A stretch of 62,155 nt of DNA, the filler included, from Bipalium vagum (lineage: Eukaryota), in the NCBI GenBank assembly GCA_037834085.1. It is 3 parts of 3 records of this genome, joined end to end, with 100 filler letters (N's around TTAATTAATTAA, not from the genome) between each part and the next. Parts side by side here need not be neighbours in the genome. Positions count along the whole stretch, not along the records: positions 16,226 to 41,340 come from JBBMKC010196942.1; positions 41,441 to 62,155 come from JBBMKC010247857.1; 1 more part is not named here. One strand, written 5' to 3'. Below the pieces are notes generated by a model that did no database searches, had not been told where the DNA came from, and saw nothing but the letters and a program-made list of their open reading frames with translations. The translations under genes were made by a program, and so were the position numbers. Of the stretch, positions 36,301 to 57,800 are shown in pieces (positions within the stretch are counted from its first letter, which is position 1; each line of letters opens with the position of its first letter).

Positions 36301-38079
36301 AGGATCTAAGTGCTGCTGCAGTGGAAGTTAAATTCAAGTTTAAAAATAAATTTGAGTCAAAGGTGATGATGTACATAGTCGTCTCAAGTAAAGGTGTGTC
36401 TGAATCACATTTTAAACCAAATGGTCTGGCAATCAACAAGGAAATTTATGAAAAGAAATGTTTGGCTAAAATTTTAATTCCATTCATTAAAAAATATCAT
36501 GCCAACGATGATTATGTATTCAGGCCCGACAAAGACTCATCACATTATGCGAATACCGTAATCAACTTTCTGAAGTCAAAAAATATCCCATTTGTTCCAA
36601 AAGATAGGAACCCAACAAATCTTCCACAGTGTCGTCCAATTGAAGATTTCTTCGGTTAACTGAGTAGTTTAGTGTACAGAAATTGTTGGAAAGCCAAATC
36701 TATCAAACAATTAAAAGCACATATGAGGAAGTGTTTGAAAGAAATGAACATAACTGGCGTACAACGTGCATTTTGTACAAACAATACAACATTACGTTCT
36801 GTTGCTGATAATGGACCTTTCATTGAAAACCATTAACATTTTATAGTTTGTTAAATATAGCAAATATAACAAAACATTTTAAAACTGTGTTTCTGTTATC
36901 GATGCTTGAGTCTGTAAGTTAGTGAAAATTTTTAGTTGTAACCCGTTATTAATAGAAATTTTGCAATTTTATTAATAATTTTTCATTATTTTAACTTTTA
37001 CATAAAAATTGGCAAAAAAATTACGAAATATATGGATTTAAATTAAATTAATTTAACACTAAGCTTAAGGTAGTTTAATATTAAATTAATTTTTATAAAT
37101 AAATATTAAATCAAAGTTTTCTAGAATTTCTATTATTTATTTGATAATAATAAAAATTTTTGTTTACATCAAACACAAATTTAGATTTTATAAATAATTT
37201 TTATAAAAAATTAAACTAAGGGAGTTAATAAAAAAATTAAACATAATTGTTAAAACATCGTGATCACATTTGATTTGGCAGGTGTTAAAAATTAAAGAAA
37301 ATCAAATAGATTTAAGATATAAAATAAAATAATAACGGAGGTTTTCATTAAGTCTGTAATTTTAAATTAATATTCAGATTTATCATATTATATGCAATAC
37401 AATAAAACAAAATTCTATAGCATTTTACTGAGAAACAATTTATTACCTCTCATCATTTTTACAGCAACTTTTGTACTAAACTGGTGGTTACACATATCAA
37501 TTGCAATGCCTTCATACACCATCCCAAATGCTCCTTCTCCTAACTTTCGATTAGTAATTTTTAATTTATCCCTATGAATTTCCCATTTTGGATCGCAAGG
37601 AAAGTCATACATGGAATGAAATTCCATCGATGATGATCTACGTAATCCATATCTGAGACTTGTTGAATTGTTTGATGGGTTACATTCAAAAACATCGTTT
37701 TCTAACTGTGAAGAAGGTCTTGTAGATTCCAGCCTTGTTCTATCTGTAGACGTGGAAGGTAGCTGTTCACCATAATTTCCACTTCTGAATTTACCGATTC
37801 GTTTAATGGGTTTTATTTTTATTATTGGTGGAACTAAAGGATTTGAATCTGGAAGAAGGTGATTTGTATGCAATACATCGGTTTTGAAATTCTTTGAACC
37901 ATTGATAAAGTTTTTATATATAGGGGATTCATATTCAATAATGATGGCTTTTCTAACCGATAAATGCCTCATTTTTTCATTTCTACGCTTACACTGGAGA
38001 ATTACAAAAGAAAAGACAACTGTCGAAAATATCAATAATGAAATCAAGCAAATCAAAGGAATTGAATTCAATGGAAATT
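18367..38079 (-). CDS. fgfr: Fibroblast growth factor receptor (transmembrane, juxtamembrane, split tyrosine kinase, tail); extracellular Ig exons not found in the window
   Basis: Exons (minus): 37447-38079, 32403-32513, 29122-29297, 21638-21754, 20184-20254, 19731-20004, 18367-18417, all phase-consistent GT-AG. Motifs: [116 protein letters not shown], tail [16 protein letters not shown]. Confidence 0.92.
18690..19480 (+). mobile_element. Tc1-type transposase relic in the last FGFR intron
   Basis: Fragments [39 protein letters not shown], and a PIEN-like segment. Confidence 0.65.
23640..24320 (+). mobile_element. IS630/Tc1-like DDE transposase relic
   Basis: [27 protein letters not shown] resembles the HTH-to-DDE linker of IS630-like elements. 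Heavily decayed. Confidence 0.45.
26718..27575 (+). mobile_element. Tc3-like (DD34E) transposase pseudogene
   Basis: MSKGKE..., [51 protein letters not shown]. Confidence 0.85.
30545..30622. mobile_element. pogo/Tigger-type terminal inverted-repeat end
   Basis: GTATAACACGCA...TGCGTATTATACGTGAGATTTTACAG|TA: internal palindrome and typical pogo terminus. Confidence 0.45.
30709..31305 (+). repeat. Imperfect ~80-bp direct repeat (30709-30790 and 31224-31305), resembling the 3' end of a Buster-type hAT transposase
   Basis: TTGAGTG(G/A)GAAG(A/G)TTATCAA(A/C)AAAGACAA(C/T)TTGCAATCCAA(A/G)CCTTC(T/G)CATCTTAATTAA occurs twice and encodes ...[11 protein letters not shown]. Confidence 0.5.
34600..35530 (+). 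mobile_element. mariner (Mos1-like) transposase pseudogene
   Basis: Signature motifs WVPHEL (about 34915) and YSPDLAP (about 35318), plus [12 protein letters not shown]. Confidence 0.88.
35682..36946 (+). mobile_element. Full-length (1265 bp) but frameshifted DD37E IS630/Tc1/mariner element with TIRs and TA target duplication
   Basis: TIRs ACGGGTTACAACTAAAAATTT at both ends, flanked by TA. FRPD...[16 protein letters not shown] has exactly 37 residues between D and E. N-terminus [19 protein letters not shown]...RKSGSGR. Confidence 0.92.
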
Positions 38080-38899
38080 CTAAAAGTCAATTAAAGGATG
38101 CTAGAAAATTTTTGATGAACATAAACCTATTCAATAACTCTTCTCCCATCAATGTTAAGCAAAAGTTTTAAATATGAACTAAAAAAATATTTTTTACATT
38201 ACTACATTAATTACAATATGATCTAACAAAATATAAAATGCATTTAAAAACAGTTTGGTAATCAATTAAAAAAAATTACTAATTAAAGAAAATTATATTT
38301 GAATTAATTTTTGGATATTTTCAAAATTATATAATTTTAAAAAAATATAAAAAATCAACTATTACTCTATTATAGTTAAACATGAATTAATAATAATAAT
38401 AATAACTATAAAACCACACTTTTTAATGAAGACGGGAGATTTTGCCGGATTTTAATGACAAACTACATTTCCTTTAAGTAATTATTCATGATCTTCAAGT
38501 ATTATATATATTTTTAAAAATAATTATAAATTTAAAATTTCACTATAAATTTCTTATCCATAAATTGTTAAGATTTTATTGTTACAAATTGTTAAATTGT
38601 TAGGAAAGATGACATTTTCAAGAAAGTTTGCTACTAAGATTCGACCATTGCTAATGGTGAAACAAATTGATCTAAAAATTGTATCTTCAATAACCATTTC
38701 TAAAATTAAAAAAAAATACAATTTAAAACAAAAGTCATATCTCATTTTGATAATATCAATAAACGATTAATTATCTATTATCTTAAATATTTAAATAAAT
38801 TTTTCATGAAAATTTTCAAACAATATCATGTCATTAAACATGATGACTAAAAATCGACAAAACATTATGCCTCAACCTAATAGATTTGAATAACCACCT

Positions 38900-39750
38900 A
38901 AAAACTAACTTTAAAACATTTTTTTATTTGCTACGCATCTAATAAATTCCAATTTTCTTTAAGCTATTTCTTCAGTTCATGAAAAGAAGGGACATAATCT
39001 TTCCTGAACTCGATTCTTTATCATACGAATTTATCTACCTATAAGAATTAGTTTTTAAATTGCACTTTAAAGATTTAAAACAACAAGTATCATCAGGTTT
39101 CAAAGGTTCCAGTGCAATTTAAAATCTTTCTTTTGAGTTAATAGGATTACTGATTGCAGTTAACGTGAAATTAATCCACTTTAAAAATTTTTTTGGATTG
39201 ATCTATTCCTTCAAAGAAGGTAATCGAACAATGCCCTCTTTTAAACAAATAGATTCATCTTTTCCTTTGATTATTACTATAGGATCAGCCGTCTTTCAAA
39301 ATGCAAATGAATCACAGACTCAAAATATTAGGAAATTCATTACATTACCGGAAAAAACTATATTTTTCTTTGCACCAACTTTTTCAATGGTTGATTTGAT
39401 TCAAATAAATACTTTCTTGATTAATCTTGATTATAGCTAAGTTTAGAAATTCTATTACCTTTTCACATTGTAAATAAATTTCTTTTCAGAAAACATTCTA
39501 CTCACGTATTCTATGCTATGGCCTTATTCGACTCCTCAGCGATTTCCTTAGTCCATTTCAAGATGTCAGAACTCTTAGCTGTTTGTCTTTGAATTTTCTT
39601 TTCGGATTACTACCAATTCTTCTTCCTTATCAAGGACATTTATTTTGTAGGTATTGTCCTATGAGGACCTTACAGTTGATCATGAATTTTTTAGCCGTTT
39701 TTTGAATTCCTTTATTCATTTTATACTCTACTTTAGCTTTACTTTTTGTT
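38900..39750 (-). mobile_element. pogo-like (DDE_1) transposase relic
   Basis: TIEKVGAKKNIVFSG...DPIVIIKGK fragments. Highly decayed. Confidence 0.4.
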
Positions 39751-41267
39751 TTGTTATATTTTTCATATTTCATCATTACACAATTTTCTAATAAGGTCGA
39801 ATTAAAATGTTCATAAATTAGTAAAGCACATACGGTCTGTTTCTAACGCTCAATAGATGACAGCCCATGAGAAAATATTTCAGGTTATAAAGTATCAAAA
39901 ATAATATAAATGATTAAAAGATAACTGAGAGATCAGTAAAATATTTCAGTAATAATATTTCCCAATAATAAGCAGTAATTCAAGACAATTCAAAATTCAT
40001 CAATAAAAATAATTTTAATGAAATATAGTGATAAAATATCTTAGAAAAGGACTACATTGATTTTTAATTTTATACAATATATTTTTTAATATTATTTATT
40101 AAATTTGCCAATTAAAACATTTATCTTTAATAAATCTATTATATCGATTTATATATATTATATCGATTAAATCGATGATATAAAAATAATTTATAAATCA
40201 TACTTTAAAAAGCACTTAATTAAAGATATTACCATTTTAAAAAACTTCTTAATAATTATATTAGAATGATAAAAATTTTAATTCTTATCTCGACAATGTC
40301 AATAATTTTTGACTTCTGTGATATTTACGGAACCAATAAAGAAAATAAAAAGCTTCTATGAAGATAAAACTTAATGGAACTGCGCGATAACCGTAATTCA
40401 ATTTCATTGATTATTATGATTAATATTTTAAACTTTTTATTTTTATTTTTTCAATTTAAATAGATAAAAAATCTGGATCCATATTTCAATGTACATATAT
40501 AATATAAAATCATTATGTAAAAGATCAGATTTAAAAATATTCTCCTTATATAACTGAATTAAATTAGCAAATGCAATGGAGTGATGTTCATCGTTAATTG
40601 TTAACACATTTAATTTACATATGATATCTGTATATAATATTTATAATTTTTCTCAAGAAAGCTAAATATGGAATTCATTTGTCTCAACGTCCCTTCTTTT
40701 TTTTTAATTATCTTCCTTTAAAGTATAAAAAACAAAAATAAATCAGAAATTTGATATGATTTTATTTGTTTAACAGTTACCGAGAGAGAGTTTTAACTAT
40801 AATTTTTTTTCCACAAATATTTCAAGAATAATAATGTTCAATATAAAAAATATTATTCGATTAATTAAATATTTATTTTTCAAATGATAATAAGAATACT
40901 TCAAAATCATTTAAAATATAAAATTAACAATATTAATTTTTACTAGTTATTAAATAAAATATTCAAAATATAAAACAAATAATTTACGAGAATAATATAT
41001 TCATTGATATTGATCGATGTCTCTAAACTAAGTAATTTTATATGATCTTTGGGAGGTTACGATTATTATTAAACGCCAAAATTGAATAAAAGATTCGTGA
41101 TATGAAATTGTTTGCTTGTATTTCACATTATATTACCTAAATTATTTTTTCAACTTTACTAGAGCATGCCAATCAAAATTTTATAATACAAGCAGGTTTT
41201 TTATGTACATTAAAATATTACTATTGCTTATATTTATGTTTAAATGTATTTTTATATTTATTAATGA

Positions 41268-41269
<2 letters not shown>

Positions 41270-41340
<71 letters not shown>
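41270..41340. repeat. (ATT)n microsatellite at the contig end
   Basis: More than 20 perfect ATT units running into the gap. Confidence 0.95.
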
Positions 41341-41440
41341 NNNNNNNNNNNNNNNNNNNNNNNNNNNNNNNNNNNNNNNNNNNNTTAATTAATTAANNNN
41401 NNNNNNNNNNNNNNNNNNNNNNNNNNNNNNNNNNNNNNNN
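41341..41440. other. Assembly gap / contig linker (44 N + TTAATTAATTAA + 44 N)
   Basis: Same fixed 100-nt spacer as at 16126. Confidence 0.98.
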
Positions 41441-41569
41441 ATTAATAATAGATGCATCTAATGTCATTCAAAACGACATCGAAAAAAAACGGCACGAATT
41501 TATTAGACAACCTAATAATATAATTTTAAATTAAGAACTTATATTAATGTTTAAATATTGATCATACAT

Positions 41570-42460
41570 AGTGGGTATAAAGTCCCTTCACTATTTTAAT
41601 AAGCAATAGAAAGTCACCAATCAATCCATTGATATTGATATAACGATTTCTTCATAGCAAGATGTATATTATTTTTTCCAAGATTTATCAAATTAATTTT
41701 TAAAAAATTATGACACTGGACGAAATGGTTCAAATCATTTTCATTCATAAATCTATGAAAGTAGTCTAGGTAATGGATAAACCTGGAACTGGAAGATCAC
41801 CATGTGACAACAAGCTGTCTTCAATTAGAACTTTGTATTAAGAACATCCAAAAACATCTCTGAGAAGCATCATCTCAACTTATCATAATATTTTTAACAA
41901 TAAGAAAAGCTTTGAAATACAAAATCTGTAGAAGAATATATCATTATTCTCCGGTTTATCAGTTATTATATTAATATTATTATTATTATTAATATTAATG
42001 TTAATATTAGAAGATGCCCACAATGCAAGAATTCATTTTGTAAGAAATGAACTAGTTGTCGATAAAGGTGACTATCTAAAAAAAATTACTCTTTTCCAAT
42101 GAGTCAAGTTAAGATGACCAAATTAATTCGCATAATTGTGTTAAAAGATATGAAAATCTCATCTTTTTATGGAAAAGTAAATAAGATTCTTAAGTCTTAT
42201 TGTTGGAGCTGAAAAGTTTCACAATAAAATTATGGGTTCATACTTTTCTCATGGAGCTGTGACTAGCTCCTCTTATTCCTACTTTAAAGGCTAAAAAAAT
42301 ATTCCAAGACTATTGTTTTCAACAAGATCAAGCATCTCATTAAATGAAAAATTTCCTCAAATATGGGTTGGACTTAATGGTCCAGTTCTTTGGCCACCCA
42401 GAAGTCAAGATATAACACCATTGGATTATTTTCTATAGAGAAATATAAAAGATCACGAAC
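41570..42460 (+). mobile_element. rosa/DD41D-type transposase relic
   Basis: DKPGTGRSP, HPKTSLR, VFQQDQASH, WPPRSQDITPLDYFL. Confidence 0.75.
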
Positions 42461-43249
42461 AATGGTTATTGGACAAACCTGATGGTTTCTTCATACTAGT
42501 CTGGACGTCCGAAGTTTGGCCAGGGAGCTGGGTGGAATTTCAATTGAGAAGCAGGTTTATTCCTCTGTTAATAATCCCATATAGTTGATCTCCATTGGAA
42601 GAAGAATCTTTTGTCCTGAATGATTGTATTCTCATGTTAGTCTCGGTGTGATGATTTCGTAAAGTAAAAAATAAAAAACAGTACAAAAAAGTCAAAGATG
42701 TGAGGATTTTCAAATTCAATCAAATTGAAGAAAAACTAGCAATTAGTAAAAGAAGAAATGGAAAAAATGTCTCATTAAATGTCAATTGACGTTTTTTAAA
42801 TTTTGTAAGCCACTTAGATTTATGCCTCAAAGCTGATAAACAATAATTAATTGTAAAAAACAGGATTGGATTTCTTTGTTCAGTTGTTCATTATTAATTC
42901 TCTGTTTATGAACCTATTTTATGTTACATAAATTTAAAATAACAAAGGAACTCTACACTCATCATACATATTTTATTTATATAAATTATAATTTTAAAAG
43001 TTTAAATTCCCAGAATCTGATTACATTCTTTACAGTCTGAAACACGCGGTAATTTATCGTATTGTCATGGTTTCACTAACAGAATATTCAGCGATTTAAT
43101 ATTGAGAAAAATTATCAATTTCAGAAGTTTACAAATTCTAAGATGACTAAAATACTTAATTATTAACAATCTGAAAAAGTTTTACGTACACAAAAACTCC
43201 GATCTCAGCAAAATCAATTTTATAATATTTATTATTATGTTTGAACAAG

Positions 43250-43770
43250 AGTAGAATGCAAGAGATTAATCTAGAAATATTCATCTTTGTGTAGCATTTG
43301 ATCATAAACCGTGACCACGATATCAATTTGTAAGATTATACCATAATAGTGACAGACGCAAAACCGTCGCAACAAATACCATCATACTTTGGTTGACAGG
43401 ACATAAACAAGCCCAAAAGATGTGATTTATCATATATTTGGATAATAGTTATTGATTACTGTCGAAAACTTAACCAAACTCCCACTGGCACTTACTATTG
43501 TACTTTCATTGTGTGACAGGTTATTTTGAAAGACATTGCTACGTTAGTATTGAAGTCAGCTTGGATCGGTTAATAAAAGGTAGAGTGGTCTGAAATTTGA
43601 AAGTGTATAGTTCAAGTCAACCTATTTCTATTTCTTAACTGTCGAGTTACATACTCATCGTTAAGTGTCCCAGTAATCTGATAATCAATTTCACTGCCTT
43701 TACACTGTATAATAATCAGAAATCTGAATTGAATTCCGTTCTAGTCCCATAGAGAAAGTTCAGCATATTT
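43250..43770 (-). mobile_element. Possible piggyBac transposase relic
   Basis: Weak C-terminal-type fragments (for example STVINNYY). Very decayed. Confidence 0.25.
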
Positions 43771-43774
43771 CATA

Positions 43775-44836
43775 ATGGGTGTCCACTAAAATTTCATAAT
43801 AATGTAATAATAGAATAATGCTTAACGTTATGATAATTGAAAATTTTAGTTTTCATTTTAATCAATGTGTTTTATAGATTCAATTGATTTATATTTCATT
43901 TTTAGATATTAATCAAAATTGCATAATAATGACTAAAGAACAAGAAGGATTAAGAAACATTGTGTAAAAATTTTATGAAAGTAATCATGGAAAAGTATAT
44001 TGCATTGCATTTTTCATAAGAAAATTTCCCAAAAAGCAAACAATTTATTCCATTCTACACCGATATAACAATAATTTACCAGCAGAAAATAAGTCAGGAA
44101 GTGGAAGTAAAATCCACAATTAGATCAATTATCCTTTTGATGATAATGACTTTCTATACACTGTGCGGTTAGAAAATGTAATAATTCGAAGTCATATTTG
44201 CATAAAACATTTTTAAAAAAAGACAAATTAAATATCATAAGAAAAACTATCTAAGGGAACTGAAGCCGAAAACTCTCAAGCAAAACGGAAATGCGATCGA
44301 TTTTATAGAAAGTTCTCGAATAAAAACTTATTCTTGATGAAAAGTTTTATCTTATCTAATACTTCCCATGTCTGAAAATGATGAATTGAACTAATAACAT
44401 TGAAACTGTTCGAGATGGTTCTGGTGTGGACTAAAAAATAGTCCTGGATTTCTTAAAGCAAGACAGGTATAAATTTTGTTTAAAAAGAAGAAAATTCTGC
44501 TACTATTCCAGAAATATGTATTATCAAGGATTTTTGCAATTGTTCTGAAAAGAAATTTCTATAGACAGGGTTGGGAAGATACAATTACTCAATAGCTTGT
44601 TAATCATATTATATATTGTCTTAGAAAATTTGACCAAGTGTAAAGAACAAAACTTATCTGATAACACATTACAAATCATTGATACTGTACGTTGAAAAGA
44701 ACTTGTTGAAATTAAATGATATTTCTCAAATATATACCTTAATGTAGATTTGGAAATAAAATGTTTTTTGTTGATTATTATAAAATTTTTAAATTTAAAA
44801 ATGAAAAATTATTATGAAATTTTGGTAGACACCCAC
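43775..44836 (+). mobile_element. Internally deleted element related to the DD37E element at 35682, with TIRs and TA duplication
   Basis: Left end TA|ATGGGTGTCCACTAAAATTTCATAATAA; right end reverse complement TA|GTGGGTGTCTACCAAAATTTCATAATAA. ORF start MTKEQEGLRNIV*KFYES...ENKSGSGSK. Confidence 0.8.
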
Positions 44837-45391
44837 TATCAAAATATTAAATTAGAAAAGAGTGCATGGAAATATTGAAGTGGGTCACATCTTTAGATCT
44901 GGAACTGTAACAACTTGTGCATATTCCTAAAAAATGGTACAGTTTCGAACCTCTGAAGCTGATTGTTTTGATCATATCATATTTTTTGATAAAATCTGAT
45001 TTTTTTAGACTTTGGTGTCAGTTGAATACTTTGTCTTTGTCTGAATATACAAAAACAGGAGTTCGATTTATTTTATTTTATAAATATTATTGATTAATGT
45101 TACACATTCACTGGTTCATATTGTTTTTTCATTTTGTTGTTTAGTTTGATTACCTTAATTTTCAATTGTCAAAAAACATTCGTTCGAAAACAGTCACCAG
45201 TTCAACTTAGGAAAATTTTTATATATATATTTTTTTTATTTATATATTTTTATTCATTTAAACAAAAGCTTAAGACTAAAATGCATTTGTTTTTTTATTT
45301 AAATTATATATATTAGTTATTTTTAAAGTGATTTGTCTGAGACAGTCAAATATTTCATTATATATTTAATTCAGATTTTTTACTATAATAA

Positions 45392-54625
<9,234 letters not shown>

Positions 54626-54720
54626 CATGAATCATGCCGACCTCACAAAGACAGAGACCAATCTTTAAAAATAACATTAACAATGATAACACTTGTTTTT
54701 TATTATTATTATTATTGAAA

Positions 54721-54726
54721 AATAAA
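54721..54726 (+). terminator. Probable PKG polyadenylation signal AATAAA
   Basis: First AATAAA, about 95 nt after the PKG stop codon. Confidence 0.45.
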
Positions 54727-54809
54727 GAATGTTTGGAAACTTTATTTTAAAAACACTATTAACAAACTGGTTGTTCCATGTAAAATTTCAAAACACGGAT
54801 GATATTTTT

Positions 54810-57800
54810 TCAATTATGGTGGTGTTGCGACGGAGAACTAAAACCGGAGGACTGTTCCTCATCAACTAACTGGTACTGGGCACAAAAGCCCCGGTCCAGC
54901 AATCGCCGCTTCATTTCCTCGACAGAAAATTGCTTGAAGACATAAAGACAGTTCTTAGTGTCATTTTTGTAGTTTAATTTTAAATTTGTTGCTACCGTTG
55001 CTATGACGTTCTTGTCTTCAGCTGTAAAGTCACTGTCGAACTTTAACAAAATATCTTCGTTCGAATCGATGACAGCGCTGTCCAGATAATCTTTTATTGC
55101 ACTTTCCAAGGAGTGGTCGTTGCCGTCATCGTCTTTCTTCAGGTCTTCCCTTTTCAGCGGTTTTGCTCTGTCGAACCGAATTGTGATTTGCGGACGAATC
55201 TGTTTCAGTCGGGCCACCACTTTGTCCGCTGCTTGTCGTTTGGCAACCAAATAATCTCGTGCTTCATGACGATCGATTTCCACTCCATTAATAGTGATAA
55301 CGCACAAGCTGATGTGTGGAGCGTGAGGAAGTTTTTCATGCTGGTACTCAATCAGGGTATTGTTAAACCGAGCGGTCGCGACTAGACTAGCTATTGATTG
55401 ATCTCTTTCATTGGTTGCTGATTCGAGAACGAGAAATAGACCCGGGTCCAGTGCCAGCTTGTCACTGCTCTGTGTCCCAATTGCTCCGGCTCCAATTCCC
55501 TGAGACGATGGAGCTGATGGCTTAACGACACCCGTCGTTGAGACGACGACCTCAGACTCCGCGTCCGTCGGCATGAGAAAAGAGTTTTGAGAAGCCGACA
55601 AATCTGGCATTCGACAAATAGGAGGAAGCTCAACGGCTCCATGCGGACTGGTGCTGATGCAGAATCCGGGCATCTCCTCCCCGTCGGCCTCGCGCGTCGC
55701 TGGAACAACGAAAACATTGTTTTTAAGCGTTTCAAACACCGATTTCGAGGCAGATTCCACGGCGCTCTGCTCGCTGTCGGCGCGTGTTTGGACGATAAAC
55801 ACGTCATCCAACAGTAACTCACACACGAAACTACCATTCTGAGAGCAACAGTTGGCCAAAAACAATTCCTGTGACTCGGCACAGAGAGCCGACTTTATAA
55901 GTGGAAAGTAATAATTGATCTGGATTCGACGATTATGCATCTCTTTGATCTCGCGCTGCCATTGGTCAATCATCATCTGTCGTCGCTTAATAACTGGTGA
56001 TTGCGGAGACAAATTCACCACCACGTCCATCAACTTGACAGGTGGTCCCCCGCTGACAGCTCCACTTGATGCATTGTTTCTCCCGAACGGCTGTTGGTGC
56101 TGCTGATTTCTGTTGGGTTGGAATGGTTCTCTGTTGAAATTTCTTAATCCTCTTGCCGGCTGGGGTCTCAGATTATTGCTACCCTGGAAGTAACCGCCGT
56201 CTCGTTGCTGTTGCCCGCCCGTACGAGAAGGAAATTCTTGATTGTTAAATCCCTGCTTTTGATTGGACGACCACTGATCAGTGTTTCGAGAAAACTTCGA
56301 CTGATCAAAATCCCTTTTTTGACCTTGAGACGACATTACACTTGACTCGTTTCGTTGAGAATACTTTTGATTATCGAAAGACTCCGTTTGGTTGTGGTGA
56401 GAGGGTACCTTGTCCGTATTCCACTTTCCATATCCGGAATCATCTCCCTCTTGAGACTTGTTTTGGAAATATTCTTTTTCGTCATACTCGTTCTGACTAA
56501 ACCCTCGGGCATCAGCGTTTTGTTTGTTATTATTAAACGAATCTTTATCTTCTTCAAACTCGTTCTGAGAAAATCCACCTTTCGTTGTTTCACTTCCTCC
56601 TCCAACGGCTACCTCATTTCTTTCTTCTTCATTTACCTCATCTTCTTGATACCACGGATCGGAACGTTGTTGCTGCTGTTGATAACCTGTGCCCTGGCTG
56701 TCCACGGTTCTTCCTCGATTCATATGGAATCCTCCTCGTCCTCTTCGGTTGCTCATATTGTTTGTTTTAACATTGGAACTATTCATTGAATTATCTTCTC
56801 CGTATTCATTGGTATTGTTGACTCCAAATTGACGACGATCACCCTGATTACCGTACCCCCCACTACCACCGCGATTGAAAGGAGCATTACGATTAATAGG
56901 GTTAAAATTACCCCTATTCCCACTCTGCTGACGAGCACCTCTGGACATGTTAAAATTATTAGGGTTAAATCCCCCAGATCCACCGGCGACTCCTCCTCTA
57001 CCACCTCGATTAGCTGGCTTTATAGGTGATCCGAATGATGGCGGTGGGAACTGTTCCAAGTAACTTGCTTCCTTAGCAACAGTTTGGGGCATTTGATTTT
57101 GTTGGTTTTGTCGAAAATTAGTTGCTGAATTTGCATCGTACATTTTCGGATCCATATAGCCCTGCTGCTGTTGCTGAGGCTTATTTGCGAATTGATCACC
57201 ATACATGCCCAATTGCTGTTGATCTGTCGAATGAGGTTGGTGCGGATGCATCATGGTATTTGGTTCCATCGGTTTGTAGTTTGTTGTTGAAAGCGGTGGT
57301 GGCTGATTGAACGGCTGCAGCTGATCGTATGGCTGAGGAGCGTTATTATATGACGCTGGTTGGACAAAAGCTGGTGGAGGCTCGCTCCAATTTGTAGTTG
57401 GCGCAAGAGGGGCCGCCGGAACGGTGTTGTACGCAGGATATGTGGAGCTTGGGGCAGCTGGGGCTGCAGTTTGAGTATAATCATAGGTTGATGTTTGAGG
57501 AGCTGGCTGGTAATAGTTTGGAGGCGGTGCAGAAAAATTAGCATAACCATATTGATCATAACTATAATTAGTCGGATATTGTGCTGCAGCAGTGGCCGTT
57601 GGGGTTACAGTCGTAGCTGGTGTTGCGTAGCTCTGACCATAAATTGCTTTGTAATACTCATCCCAAGCCTGATTGTAATCCTGTTGATAATTAGTTGTAC
57701 TTGGTGCAGTACTTGCAACTGCAGCTGGTGCGCTTGTAGCCGTAGCTGCGGCCGGAGGAGGTACGGTTGGATAATAATTATAATATTCATAGCCTGTTGA

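Noticed and set aside
38554-40630. Candidate FGFR extracellular exons (about 38600-38700 and 40480-40627)
   Set aside because: No Ig-domain Cys/Trp pattern, and no phase-compatible donor could be established.
41116-41388. ORF ending in poly-Ile
   Set aside because: Translation of the (ATT)n microsatellite running into the gap.
55113-57800. Many short overlapping ORFs on both strands
   Set aside because: By-products of the GC-rich NKRF-like exon, in alternative or antisense frames.
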